63,491 bases of DNA, from NCBI GenBank assembly GCA_040081025.1, contig JBEBGW010000001.1, positions 1-63,491 on the forward strand. Reading direction: 5' to 3'. Source of the stretch: Pyrinomonadaceae bacterium. Lineage in GTDB: Bacteria > Acidobacteriota > Blastocatellia > Pyrinomonadales > Pyrinomonadaceae. Made by a program: the position numbers and the translations under genes. The number at the start of each line of letters is the position of its first letter. Positions within the stretch are counted from its first letter, which is position 1. Below are positions 48,247 to 58,030 of this stretch, piece after piece. Below the pieces are notes generated by a model, which ran no database searches, was not told where the DNA came from, and saw nothing but the letters and a program-made list of their open reading frames with translations.

Positions 48247-50409
48247 ATGGAACAAGAAATTGATGACATTGGCTCAGTCGAAGATGGGACGTTCGGTGAG
48301 GGCAGCAGCACGGGCAACCCGCTGAATAGTTGGCCGAGCGGAACCCGGGATGTTACAGAGTTTCCTACCTTCGTGTTCGATGGGACTTCGACGAACGTGG
48401 AACTAGTTTCACCGAAAGCTCACCTTAAAGCCTTTCTTGCTCTCGATGGCGTCGACGCAACAGACTATCCGCGCCAGCTGTCAGGAGGTGGCCTAGGCAA
48501 TTCTGATCAGCGAGCGAGGTCCTACCGAAAATTGTATGAACGTCTCGGTCTTATCTTTCGCGACGGCGAAAAAATTCGCCTATCTGAAATAGGACTCGGA
48601 CTTCGGGACTTTCCAGCCACTCTACCGGAGACTCTTGAAAATTATGCGGAGGGCGAAAAGCAAAGGTTCGTTCAGAACTTCCGCTCCAAAGCTATCCGGA
48701 TTCTCGCGAAAGATCAGCTCGATAATCCGACGGAGATACAGCGACATAGATTACCTCCAGGCTGCGATGTCTTCCCTTTCAGATGCATCTGGCAAGCAAT
48801 GTTGGAGTTGGATAATAAGCTTCACTATGAAGAGGTAAATCGTTGTCTACTTTATGTAATGAAAATGGCCGACCTTCCAGCGGCAATCGATCGAATTAGA
48901 ACTGCAAGAAACCAGACTGAGTCGTACGCCGAAGCGAGTACCGATGAACTGAGTGAATCGCTGGGGCTTCCAGTATTTGAGGATCAAGCATCCGCTCGAG
49001 TGTCTTCGTGGTTTAGTCTGGCGGGCTGGGGAGGCCTGATCATCGAGCAAGGAAACCAAACTGATGGTTTCCGACATTTAGTGCCAGAGGCAATCCCTTT
49101 GATTCGTGACGAGCTGTCAAAGCCACCTACGTTTTATTCGGCGCAGGACGAAGTGGACTGGTTTGATCATTACCTTAGGACTGTTATTCCGCGGGACACG
49201 ATGGACGCCACGCCGTCGGAATTTATCGAAGCTTTCAAAACGGATCTTCTGGTCGCGGGACTGCAATTCGATGAGGAAACAACAAACCGGTTTGTTGCAA
49301 GCTGCCAGACGAAGGCGTTTGTAATCCTCACCGGCTTGTCCGGAGCGGGCAAAACGAAACTAGCTCAAGCATTTGCTCGATGGCTTTCACCAAGGGATGG
49401 CTCACCTCGCTACGAAATTATCGCGGTAGGGCCAGACTGGACGAGCAAGGATTACGTTTTGGGTTACCCAGACGCGCTAGACTCGACAAAGTATGTCCGC
49501 ACGCAAGTATTGAACATGATTCTGCGGGCGGCAGGAGAGAGCCGATCCCCGTTCGTACTCGTTTTCGACGAGATGAATCTGTCGCACGTAGAACGCTATT
49601 TCGCCGATATTCTTTCCAGCCTTGAGTCGAACGAAGCGATCTGTCTGCACAACGATTTGACTGATCGCGACGGTATTCCTGCCCGGATTAGCTCCCTTCC
49701 TCCCAACCTGTTCATTATTGGGACGGTGAATGTTGACGACACAACCTACATGTTTTCGCCTAAAGTTCTCGACCGCGCAAATGTTATCGAGTTCAGGGTT
49801 GATTCTTCATCGATGCGAAGTTTTCTTGATGGATCGAGTTCAGTCAGTCTTGAAAATCTTGATGGGAAAGGTGCCATTTATGCCCGAAGCTTTGTCGAAA
49901 GTTGTAAAAAAATTCCCTCGCTCGAAGACGAAGAAATATCGATTGTAACTGAGGAAATAATGCTAGTGTTCCGAATTCTCGAGTACTTCGGCTATGAGTT
50001 CGGATACAGGACCGCCTCTGAAATGAAGAACTTTATTGCGTTTCACAAAGCGCTCACGCCGACCACTTGGCGGATATCGGCGGCCATCGATGCTCAGGTC
50101 TTCCAAAAGGTTTTGCCGAAATTACACGGATCAAGACGAAAGATCGAGCCGCTCCTAACTAGCTTGGCAATCGCGTGTCATTCGAGCCGAAAGTGGGCCG
50201 ATGATGCAGCTGGCTTTTTGAGCGATGAGGTCTTTCAAAAGGCTATTGGCGCCGATTCGTCATCGCATCCAAGTGACCCTCTTGAAACCGATGAAAAAGG
50301 TAGACTTCTTATGTCTTATCAGACAGCGATTTATCCGCTGAGTCTCGCAAAATTGCAGCGAATGTTACGCGGTTTAGAAGATGGTTTTACAAGCTTTGCT
50401 GAGGCTTAA
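48247..50409 (+). CDS. McrB-like AAA+ (GTPase-type) restriction subunit with an uncharacterised ~330-aa N-terminal domain (R1)
   Basis: Walker A GLSGAGKTK, the McrB-type Walker B block FVLVFDEMNLSHVERYFADILSSLE, and IIGTVNVDD...LDRANVIEF. Confidence 0.8.
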   Translation: MEQEIDDIGSVEDGTFGEGSSTGNPLNSWPSGTRDVTEFPTFVFDGTSTNVELVSPKAHLKAFLALDGVDATDYPRQLSGGGLGNSDQRARSYRKLYERLGLIFRDGEKIRLSEIGLGLRDFPATLPETLENYAEGEKQRFVQNFRSKAIRILAKDQLDNPTEIQRHRLPPGCDVFPFRCIWQAMLELDNKLHYEEVNRCLLYVMKMADLPAAIDRIRTARNQTESYAEASTDELSESLGLPVFEDQASARVSSWFSLAGWGGLIIEQGNQTDGFRHLVPEAIPLIRDELSKPPTFYSAQDEVDWFDHYLRTVIPRDTMDATPSEFIEAFKTDLLVAGLQFDEETTNRFVASCQTKAFVILTGLSGAGKTKLAQAFARWLSPRDGSPRYEIIAVGPDWTSKDYVLGYPDALDSTKYVRTQVLNMILRAAGESRSPFVLVFDEMNLSHVERYFADILSSLESNEAICLHNDLTDRDGIPARISSLPPNLFIIGTVNVDDTTYMFSPKVLDRANVIEFRVDSSSMRSFLDGSSSVSLENLDGKGAIYARSFVESCKKIPSLEDEEISIVTEEIMLVFRILEYFGYEFGYRTASEMKNFIAFHKALTPTTWRISAAIDAQVFQKVLPKLHGSRRKIEPLLTSLAIACHSSRKWADDAAGFLSDEVFQKAIGADSSSHPSDPLETDEKGRLLMSYQTAIYPLSLAKLQRMLRGLEDGFTSFAEA

Positions 50410-52267
50410 TTCTGTGGAGGAATCAACTTTAGACTTTCGCGACCGTGACGATCGAACGATCTGCAAGGTAAGGCTTGTTGCAGAGAAGAGCGGCACGCTA
50501 CGGAATATTACTAGAGAAGAAGCGATTGAGTTTTCCGAAGAAACCGTTCAATTGCTGGAGAATGCTTCATACGAATATCAGGTCAATGACCCGGATTTCG
50601 AACTCATGGAATCAGCGGCGATTACAAGAAGTAAACTTGCGGTCGGCGGGCTAGACAGTGGACGTGTCTCCCCCGAGAGCTTCACGGGCATATTACCGCT
50701 TGGAGTGGCTCGGAAAACCGATTCACTCAGAATGATTGCAACTGCTGCGGTTGAGGTTCGCTCACGAAAGCTCAGTTACCGAAAGGACTATCGACATATG
50801 CTGGACGCAATTGCATCCAGGTGCTCTAATTTGCTTCTGGATTTAGCCGCCCCAACCCAGGCGCGATTCTCCCCTGATCCGAATAGATTCCAGGAGGAAC
50901 TTGCTCAACGGTTCGCCTTCATCTCTTCGGTGCTTCATTCAAAGGAATTTCACGACTCGATTGGTAGGGTGATCAGTCGACCTTTCCGACGAGCAACGAC
51001 GACGCACGTCGAACGACGGACCTCCCGAGGCTTTAGGCCATCCAACTCAATACTTCGTCAAATTCCTTCAAAACTTCCTAGAGTTAAAGTTCCCGAACGT
51101 CATCCGCTAAACAATTTACTCTCGAATCCACATTGTTCGGGACCTACCATTCCGGGGAAACTTACAGTTTCAGAATATTCGGAGACGATCGACAATCCTG
51201 AGAATCGATTCATTAAGCACAGTTTACTCGTCTACAGCGATTATCTTTCGAAGGTTGCCCATATAGCGGCGCAGACAAAGCCAGTCGAAAGGTATCGGCG
51301 ACTACGAGGAGAAGTTGCAGAGCTAGCGCGAGAAATCGAAGCAATCCTCGCAGACAATCTTTTCAAGGAGATTTCGAGACCTACTGCCTATTCGTTGGCT
51401 AGTCCGGTGCTGCAAAAAAGGGCTGGTTACCGCGAATTGGTGCAGGTATGGGTCAAGTTCAACCTTGCCTCTCTCCTAACTTGGAAGGGAGGCGAGGACG
51501 TATATGGGTCGGGTAAGCGGAATATGGATGTACTCTATGAGTATTGGCTATTCTTCGAATTACTCGAGATCATCAGTCAGGTCTTTTCACTTCCTAAAGT
51601 CGAATATCGCGAGCTATTCCATATCGAACCGAGCGGTTTCGGGGTTCGTTTGAAATCGGGCAGTAACCTAGTAATCAATAAAGTCACGTCCGTCTACGAT
51701 ACAAATCTCCGCGTTGTTTTTAGTTACAACCGGACATTCAGTCCATCACCGGCATACTCGCGGGAAGGATCTTGGACTCTCCCAATGAGGCCAGATTTCA
51801 CGCTGAGCGTATATCCAGCTGAGCTTTCTGCGGAGCAAGCAGAGTTTGATGAAAAGATTGTGCATCTACATTTCGACTCTAAATACAAGGCTGATCATAT
51901 CGAGGACGTTTTTGAAATTGTCGACAGTCCCGACTCGGTCGATGCTGGAGCGAGAATTCGGAATAGAGCCCGGGCTAAAAATACAGACTTTTTAAAGATG
52001 CATTCGTATCGTGATGCCATCAAACGCTCCTATGGTGCTTATGTACTCTTCCCTGGCACCGACAATCGAAGGTGGCAGACCTTTGGAGAGATTCTCCCTG
52101 GCCTGGGTGCGTTTGCAATGCGCCCTAGCGAAGGGGGCGCGGCTCAAGGCTCTGAGAAGCTTAGGGAATTTCTTGACGATTTAGTAGTTCATCTTTGCGA
52201 GCGCAGTACTAAGCGGTCGTTGCTAGCTCAACACGTCTTTCAGACCTATACCGACGAGCAATCCTAG
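50381..52267 (+). CDS. McrC-like PD-(D/E)xK nuclease subunit (R2)
   Basis: C-terminal RPDFTL ... LHFDSKYK ... YRDAI motif, equivalent to the McrC D...D-x-K-Y-K core. GTG 50414, preceded by GAGG, is an alternative start that removes the overlap with R1. Confidence 0.7.
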   Translation: MVLQALLRLNSVEESTLDFRDRDDRTICKVRLVAEKSGTLRNITREEAIEFSEETVQLLENASYEYQVNDPDFELMESAAITRSKLAVGGLDSGRVSPESFTGILPLGVARKTDSLRMIATAAVEVRSRKLSYRKDYRHMLDAIASRCSNLLLDLAAPTQARFSPDPNRFQEELAQRFAFISSVLHSKEFHDSIGRVISRPFRRATTTHVERRTSRGFRPSNSILRQIPSKLPRVKVPERHPLNNLLSNPHCSGPTIPGKLTVSEYSETIDNPENRFIKHSLLVYSDYLSKVAHIAAQTKPVERYRRLRGEVAELAREIEAILADNLFKEISRPTAYSLASPVLQKRAGYRELVQVWVKFNLASLLTWKGGEDVYGSGKRNMDVLYEYWLFFELLEIISQVFSLPKVEYRELFHIEPSGFGVRLKSGSNLVINKVTSVYDTNLRVVFSYNRTFSPSPAYSREGSWTLPMRPDFTLSVYPAELSAEQAEFDEKIVHLHFDSKYKADHIEDVFEIVDSPDSVDAGARIRNRARAKNTDFLKMHSYRDAIKRSYGAYVLFPGTDNRRWQTFGEILPGLGAFAMRPSEGGAAQGSEKLREFLDDLVVHLCERSTKRSLLAQHVFQTYTDEQS

Positions 52268-52570
52268 TCGCACCCCCAAGGTGGTTGGCCGATTTTTAGG
52301 TTAAATTTTCTTAAAGCCACGCTGGACGTCGAATCCCATCTCCACAACATTCTCCCATCCACACAACACACATCCACACATATGACCAACGATCTAGAAA
52401 TGGGGATACAAGAGAGCGAATAGTGAATAGTGATGAGGACGGACGCTCACGGAAATATGTTGACGTGGCGTTGCATGTGTGGCACTATGGCTAACCCCGG
52501 GGTTTGGCCCCTGATCTTTGAAAGCCGGGGAATTTGAAAAATACACCGGAAACATGAAATTGCGTGTGTG

Positions 52571-52695
52571 TGGGACAGTGGGACACGCAAATGTCGGGAC
52601 ACTTGAACCGCTGATTTTCAGCCGGATTTGCCGATTCGGGACTATCCGAAAAAACGAGCGGTCGCTGGGACGCTGGGACATGGGACACTTGACCC
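52571..52695. repeat. Two clusters of three GGGAC motifs, each ending in GGGACACTTGA(A/C)CC
   Basis: Cluster 1 is 52571-52609 and cluster 2 is 52664-52695, with one extra GGGAC at 52638. The terminal 14-mers (52596-52609 and 52682-52695) match at 13 of 14 positions. Confidence 0.6.
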
Positions 52696-52760
52696 CCATA
52701 AAATGGGCCTCTCAAGCGAATTCCACAGGAAAATCACTTCCAAAATGTCACGATTTTGGG

Positions 52761-52844
52761 GTGCTAAATGGCCCTTCCCGGGCCCTAAATCGACCTCGCG
52801 AGGCCCTAATTCGACGCAATCGTGCCTAATTCGATCACTTTCTC
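52761..52844. repeat. Four degenerate ~21-bp tandem units with core GC(C)CTAA(A/T)T(C)GA
   Basis: CTAAAT/CTAATT cores at 52764, 52785, 52805 and 52826, a spacing of 20-21 bp. The last unit overlaps the stop of the PL22-like gene. Confidence 0.55.
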
Positions 52845-54208
52845 GCCAGCCATTCCCTGGGAACGGGGATGATGCAGATGTTCATCGAGCGGCCGTCGGC
52901 GGAGAGCATGGCGGATTGGATCTGGATCTTGGTTCCGTCGGGGCTCATCGTCGGGTGCGGGTGATCGGCGGCGGTGGTTTTGTGGCCGGCAGAGAGAAGC
53001 ATCATCTCGCTGTCGCGGCGGTCGATGAGGTAGATGCTGCGGGAGAAATCGTCACCGACCGCAAAGCGTCCGTCGGGAGATCCGCTGACGTGCCACAGGC
53101 CGCTTCCTTCTTTGGTTTGGCCGACAATGAGCACTTCGCGAGTGCGAAGGTTTGCAATAGCGAGTCCGGTCGGACGTTCGCGGGTTCCGGACGGACCCCA
53201 AGCGGGTTCCTGTCCCGGGTTCGCTCCGCCGACCGCGGTCGCCTCGCCGACATCCTTGCTGCCGCCCGGTATCCGGCGATGGCCCATGATCGCGAACGCT
53301 ACTTCGTCTTTTCCGATAACGGTTTCGTGCGTGACCCAGTCGCGATCATCCTCGGGGAACACGGGGCGAAGTCCGGAGCCGTCGGCGCGGACGGTCCAGA
53401 TCCGCTGCGGAGATTTGCCGCCCGTCTCCCAGCAGAAGACGATCTCGCCCTCGACCCATGGATTCGTCTGAATGTGGCCGACCTGAAAACCAACCGAGAT
53501 GACGTGCTTCGTCTCGCCGGTCTTGATGTTCATCGCTCCGATGCCCGATGGACCCGCTCCCATGTTCCGCGGGCCGAATGTCGATTCGATCTTGGTGCCT
53601 TCGACCATCCGCCGCTGAGCCTCTTCGCGGCCGATCCGGAAGAACGCCCACTGCTCTGTACCGCCGTCGAGAGTCATGTCGCCGCCCGCTCCGATCTCAG
53701 GCGGAGTCGTTCCGCAGATGCGTTGATAAGCATCGGCGCTCTTGAGCGCGCCGGACTTGCTGTCGGCAAAGAGCCTCTCGAGATCGACCTCGACGATCTG
53801 CATCGATTGCGGTCCGCGAGGAGCTTGCGGGTTGACCGCCTGCCCCGGCCGACGCGACGGATCGCGCATGAAGTAGAGCTTCATCGAATTGCGAGCGATG
53901 TTGAGCATGCCTGTGTAGCCGCCCTCAGTGACCTGGACCATCTCGCCGGACTCTTCGTTCACCGCCATCGCTTCGCCAGCGACGCGGTTCGAGCGGAAGA
54001 TCAGCCACTTGCCATCGGACGTCCATTGGTTGTGCGTCTGATAGATCTTTGAATCTCCATTCGGTGTGCTCGTCAGGAACGTGAGCATCGTGCCGGTCAC
54101 GGGATCTTTGACAACTTGCTTCTCCGAAGGAAATCGGCGACCGATCTGGGCATCGGCGACGGAGACAAGAGTGAGTAGAGCGATGGCCAATGCGGTCTTT
54201 CGGATCAT
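52835..54208 (-). CDS. Oligogalacturonate lyase-like beta-propeller protein (PL22-like)
   Basis: Signal peptide, then FPSEKQVVKDPVTG...LT, SDGKWLIFRSNR and HPHPTMSPDGTKIQ blocks. These resemble oligogalacturonide lyase family proteins from memory, and the pectin context supports the call. Confidence 0.55.
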   Translation of the reverse strand: MIRKTALAIALLTLVSVADAQIGRRFPSEKQVVKDPVTGTMLTFLTSTPNGDSKIYQTHNQWTSDGKWLIFRSNRVAGEAMAVNEESGEMVQVTEGGYTGMLNIARNSMKLYFMRDPSRRPGQAVNPQAPRGPQSMQIVEVDLERLFADSKSGALKSADAYQRICGTTPPEIGAGGDMTLDGGTEQWAFFRIGREEAQRRMVEGTKIESTFGPRNMGAGPSGIGAMNIKTGETKHVISVGFQVGHIQTNPWVEGEIVFCWETGGKSPQRIWTVRADGSGLRPVFPEDDRDWVTHETVIGKDEVAFAIMGHRRIPGGSKDVGEATAVGGANPGQEPAWGPSGTRERPTGLAIANLRTREVLIVGQTKEGSGLWHVSGSPDGRFAVGDDFSRSIYLIDRRDSEMMLLSAGHKTTAADHPHPTMSPDGTKIQIQSAMLSADGRSMNICIIPVPREWLARK

Positions 54209-55839
54209 TATCTTATCCTCCGGCGTTCGACTCGATCGAAACGAACGTCTGCCATTCCGGCGATCTGGAATGCACGGAAGTTCGTTACGTTCCGCAGGTC
54301 GAAAACACTCGCGTCATCCGCGAGCCGTGCTTTAGTGCGATAGAAGGCGACATCTTTTACGTCGTCGAGTATGAACGCGGACCGTTCGTCCGGCTTGTCG
54401 TACGAGACGTCGACGTTGTCGAACGTAATGCCGCGGGCATGCCGCACGTAGAATCCGTACGCCGGGATCACGCCGAACATGCTTGGCTCGGGGTAGCTCT
54501 TTTCGTTCTCGGGAACTATGCGTTCCGCATCGTCCTTCGTTCCGCCGCCTTTGTAACGAATGATGATGTTGCTAAGCGTGACGTCCTCGATGTCACGGCC
54601 GGGAAGTCCGGCGATGATCGACGCGAACTCCGAGTGCGCGTCGGATACGGTGACGTTGCTGATGAGAATGCGTTTGACCGAGCCGATCGGCGTTCCTTCG
54701 GGAGCTCTTTGACGTGCCCCGAGACGGATAAAGATCGGCGATGTCGTAATGTCACGCATCGTCAGATTTGTGACGGTGACATCCTCGATCGTTCCGCCGT
54801 CGACCATCTCGATCGCGAGACCGCGGCTGCGGACGAAGTTGATGTTGCTGATCGCGATGTTTTTGAAACCGCCGTTCGATTCCGTACCGAGCTTGATGCG
54901 TCCGGTGACGCGGTCGCGATCCGGTGCGAACTCCTGGGTCGTCTTGAACGTGCCGTCGAGCATGGTGCCGAGGTCGAAACCCGAGACCTGCGAGTTGGTG
55001 ATCGTGACATGCTCGGTCGCACGTGGAAAGCCGAGTGCGTACGAACTTTTCAGGACGATCGCGTCATCGTTCGGCGTGTTGACGGTGACGTTCGAGATGC
55101 GGACGTTGCGACACGCATCGATGTCGAAACCGTCGCGATTGGTATCGACGCGGAGATTGTCGATCGTCAGGTTATCGACACCCGTAGCGAGCAATGCGAA
55201 GTGTCCGCCGCGGAAGATCGAGAAATCTTTGAGCGTGATGTTCTTTGAAAGCTTCAGCGCGATCGCCTTTGTGCCGAGTCCGTCCATCTCCTTGCGGTCG
55301 GATGTTTCACCCAGCGGGGACGGGTTGTTCGCCATGCTCGACGGAGTTTCTCCGGCAGTTCGAGGTCGACGCGGGCCGGGACTCCGGCGTGAAAGGCCTA
55401 GCCCATCGATGCGCCCCTGGCCCGTGATCGCGAAGTTCTCGATACCAATGCCCCACATCAGCGAATTTTTCCAATGCGAATGGCCGAAGTCCTGATACAT
55501 ATCCCACTCGTTCGGTTCGGGCAGATCGTACTTGCCTTTGTGAATGGCTGGGTCGGCGGCGAGCAGCGTCGCTCCAGAGTCGAGGTGAAGTGTGATGTTG
55601 CTTTTGAGGCGGATCGAGAATGAGAGATATGTTCCCGGGCCAAAGTAAATAGTGCCGCCACCCTTTCCTGCCGCTGTTTGAATAGCCCGGTTTATAGCTG
55701 CGGTGTCGAGGGACTTGCCGTCGCCGCGAGCTCCGAATGTGCGGACATCATAATAGCCGGGCAACCGCTGGGCAGGCGCCAATAGTCCCGCAGAGATAAG
55801 AATGCCAACGAGAAGGAAATTCGAGAGGATTCGTTTCAT
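54208..55839 (-). CDS. GH28 glycoside hydrolase (polygalacturonase/rhamnogalacturonase, pectin-lyase fold)
   Basis: Signal peptide, YDVRTFGARGDGKSLDTAAINRAI, NRDGFDID, NDDAIVLKS and RIKLGTE motifs. Confidence 0.8.
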   Translation of the reverse strand: MKRILSNFLLVGILISAGLLAPAQRLPGYYDVRTFGARGDGKSLDTAAINRAIQTAAGKGGGTIYFGPGTYLSFSIRLKSNITLHLDSGATLLAADPAIHKGKYDLPEPNEWDMYQDFGHSHWKNSLMWGIGIENFAITGQGRIDGLGLSRRSPGPRRPRTAGETPSSMANNPSPLGETSDRKEMDGLGTKAIALKLSKNITLKDFSIFRGGHFALLATGVDNLTIDNLRVDTNRDGFDIDACRNVRISNVTVNTPNDDAIVLKSSYALGFPRATEHVTITNSQVSGFDLGTMLDGTFKTTQEFAPDRDRVTGRIKLGTESNGGFKNIAISNINFVRSRGLAIEMVDGGTIEDVTVTNLTMRDITTSPIFIRLGARQRAPEGTPIGSVKRILISNVTVSDAHSEFASIIAGLPGRDIEDVTLSNIIIRYKGGGTKDDAERIVPENEKSYPEPSMFGVIPAYGFYVRHARGITFDNVDVSYDKPDERSAFILDDVKDVAFYRTKARLADDASVFDLRNVTNFRAFQIAGMADVRFDRVERRRIR

Positions 55840-55864
55840 CGATCGGGATCGCTATCCGGACTTT

Positions 55865-55880
55865 ATTGGTATTACCAAAT
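55865..55880. promoter_or_regulatory. Operator motif A, site 4 (ATTGGTATTACCAAAT)
   Basis: ATTGGT-ATT-ACCAAA inverted repeat in the divergent GH28 / galT2 intergenic region. Confidence 0.4.
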
Positions 55881-55921
55881 TTCTCGACTCTAGCACGAAA
55901 TCGCCTGAGGCCCAAGAATCA

Positions 55922-55936
55922 TTTAACCGATTAACC
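55922..55936. promoter_or_regulatory. Operator motif B, site 3 (TTTAACCGATTAACC)
   Basis: TTAAC-CG-ATTAA core, ~50 bp upstream of the galT2 start. Confidence 0.4.
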
Positions 55937-55988
55937 ACCTTTGATTATTGAGGTTTTGCTAAGATAGAGTTATTGCGTAAATGCCTAT

Positions 55989-57019
<1,031 letters not shown>

Positions 57020-57023
<4 letters not shown>

Positions 57024-58030
57024 ACGATATTCGAGATTTGCTCGAACCTATCCAACGTCTACACCGGATGATCCGTGATCGTGTGGTGGAAGAGTGCGAG
57101 CGGAGTTCAGTAGCGAGCTTGTCGCGAGTGGTTGCTGATGACGAGGGCGACACGATCTTTGCGGTTGATCGGGTGAGTGAAGAACTGCTGGTCGAATTCA
57201 TCGAGCGCGAGATCGCCTCTAAGGTGCCGATTGTTCTTATAGCTGAGGGAATTGAAGGCGGGAAGGTTATCTTGCCCCGAGGCTCCGACGAGCGCGAGGC
57301 TGCGTGGCGAATACTGGTTGACCCGATCGACGGGACTCGCGGGTTGATGTATCAGAAACGGAGCGCGTGGGTGCTCACCGGTGTCGCGGCAAATCGGGGT
57401 GACGCGACCTCGCTTGCAGACATCGAGCTTGCCGTTCAGACAGAGATCCCGCTGGTTAAGCAGCATCTATCGGATATGTTATGGGCGGTTCGCGGAGAGG
57501 GGTTTTCTGTGGAGCGTTTCAACCGGGTCAGCGGCGAAACTTCGGCTGTGCATTTATCGCCGTCGAAAGCCCCGACGATCGAACAGGGTTACGCGACCAT
57601 CTCTCGTTTCTTCCCGGGCTATCGCGGAGAGCTTGCGGCGATAGATGATGAAGTTGTCGCTCGTTCGCTCGGTGCTCCGAAGGAAGGAAAGGCGCAGTGT
57701 TTTGAGGACCAGTACATCTCGACGGGCGGCCAATTGTATGAGCTGATCGCCGGTCACGACCGATTCATTGCCGACTTAAGGCCACTGATGCGTGGGCGAA
57801 GTGCGGCGGGCTATTCGGAGCTGAGTATCTGCTGCCATCCTTACGATCTCGCCACGGAATTGATCGCTCGCGAAGCGGGCGTGATAATCACCGGTGTCGA
57901 TGGCTCTCAGCTTGAGGCTCCACTGAATGTTAAGGCGGATGTTGCCTGGATCGGGTATGCGAATGAGCAGATTCGGCAGCAGATCGAACCGCATCTTGCG
58001 ACGGTGCTGAAAGAAAGAAGGATCGCATAG
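57020..58030 (+). CDS. Inositol monophosphatase/FBPase-superfamily sugar phosphatase-like protein
   Basis: The [13 protein letters not shown] motif (DPIDGT) is typical of the IMPase fold. It has 4-nt overlaps or abutments with both neighbours. Confidence 0.6.

Noticed and set aside
52669-52673. GACGC (the LlaJI recognition sequence) inside the GGGAC cluster as the target of this R-M system
   Set aside because: A 5-mer is expected by chance many times in 63 kb. Nothing in the sequence shows that this system shares LlaJI specificity.
52571-52695. GGGACACTTGA motifs as sigma-54 promoters
   Set aside because: They do not fit TGGCAC-N5-TTGC: the sequence has GGGAC rather than GGCAC and the spacing to any TTGC is wrong. 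No downstream gene is oriented to use them.
52394-52829. Small ORFs in the right-border tract (101 aa minus strand, 103 aa plus strand)
   Set aside because: They overlap each other, lack an RBS and have odd composition (Pro/Ser/His or Gly/Arg rich). They run straight through the repeat clusters, so I treat the tract as non-coding.
43260-52834. Integrase, transposase or tRNA attachment site for the island
   Set aside because: I looked at both borders and at all island ORFs. None shows tyrosine/serine recombinase or DDE motifs, and I recognised no tRNA-like sequence. The island cannot be called an intact mobile element.
52761-52844. The 21-bp tandem units as a CRISPR array
   Set aside because: The units are too short and directly adjacent with no unique spacers. 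The repeats are degenerate and there are no cas genes.
52628-54052. 474-aa plus-strand ORF
   Set aside because: It is antisense to the PL22-like gene. Its Arg/Ala/Asp-rich low-complexity translation carries no motifs and is a typical shadow ORF in GC-rich coding DNA.
54190-55248. 352-aa plus-strand ORF (and 54749-55495)
   Set aside because: It is antisense to the GH28 gene, which has strong family motifs. Its composition (repetitive D/R/V) indicates a shadow ORF.
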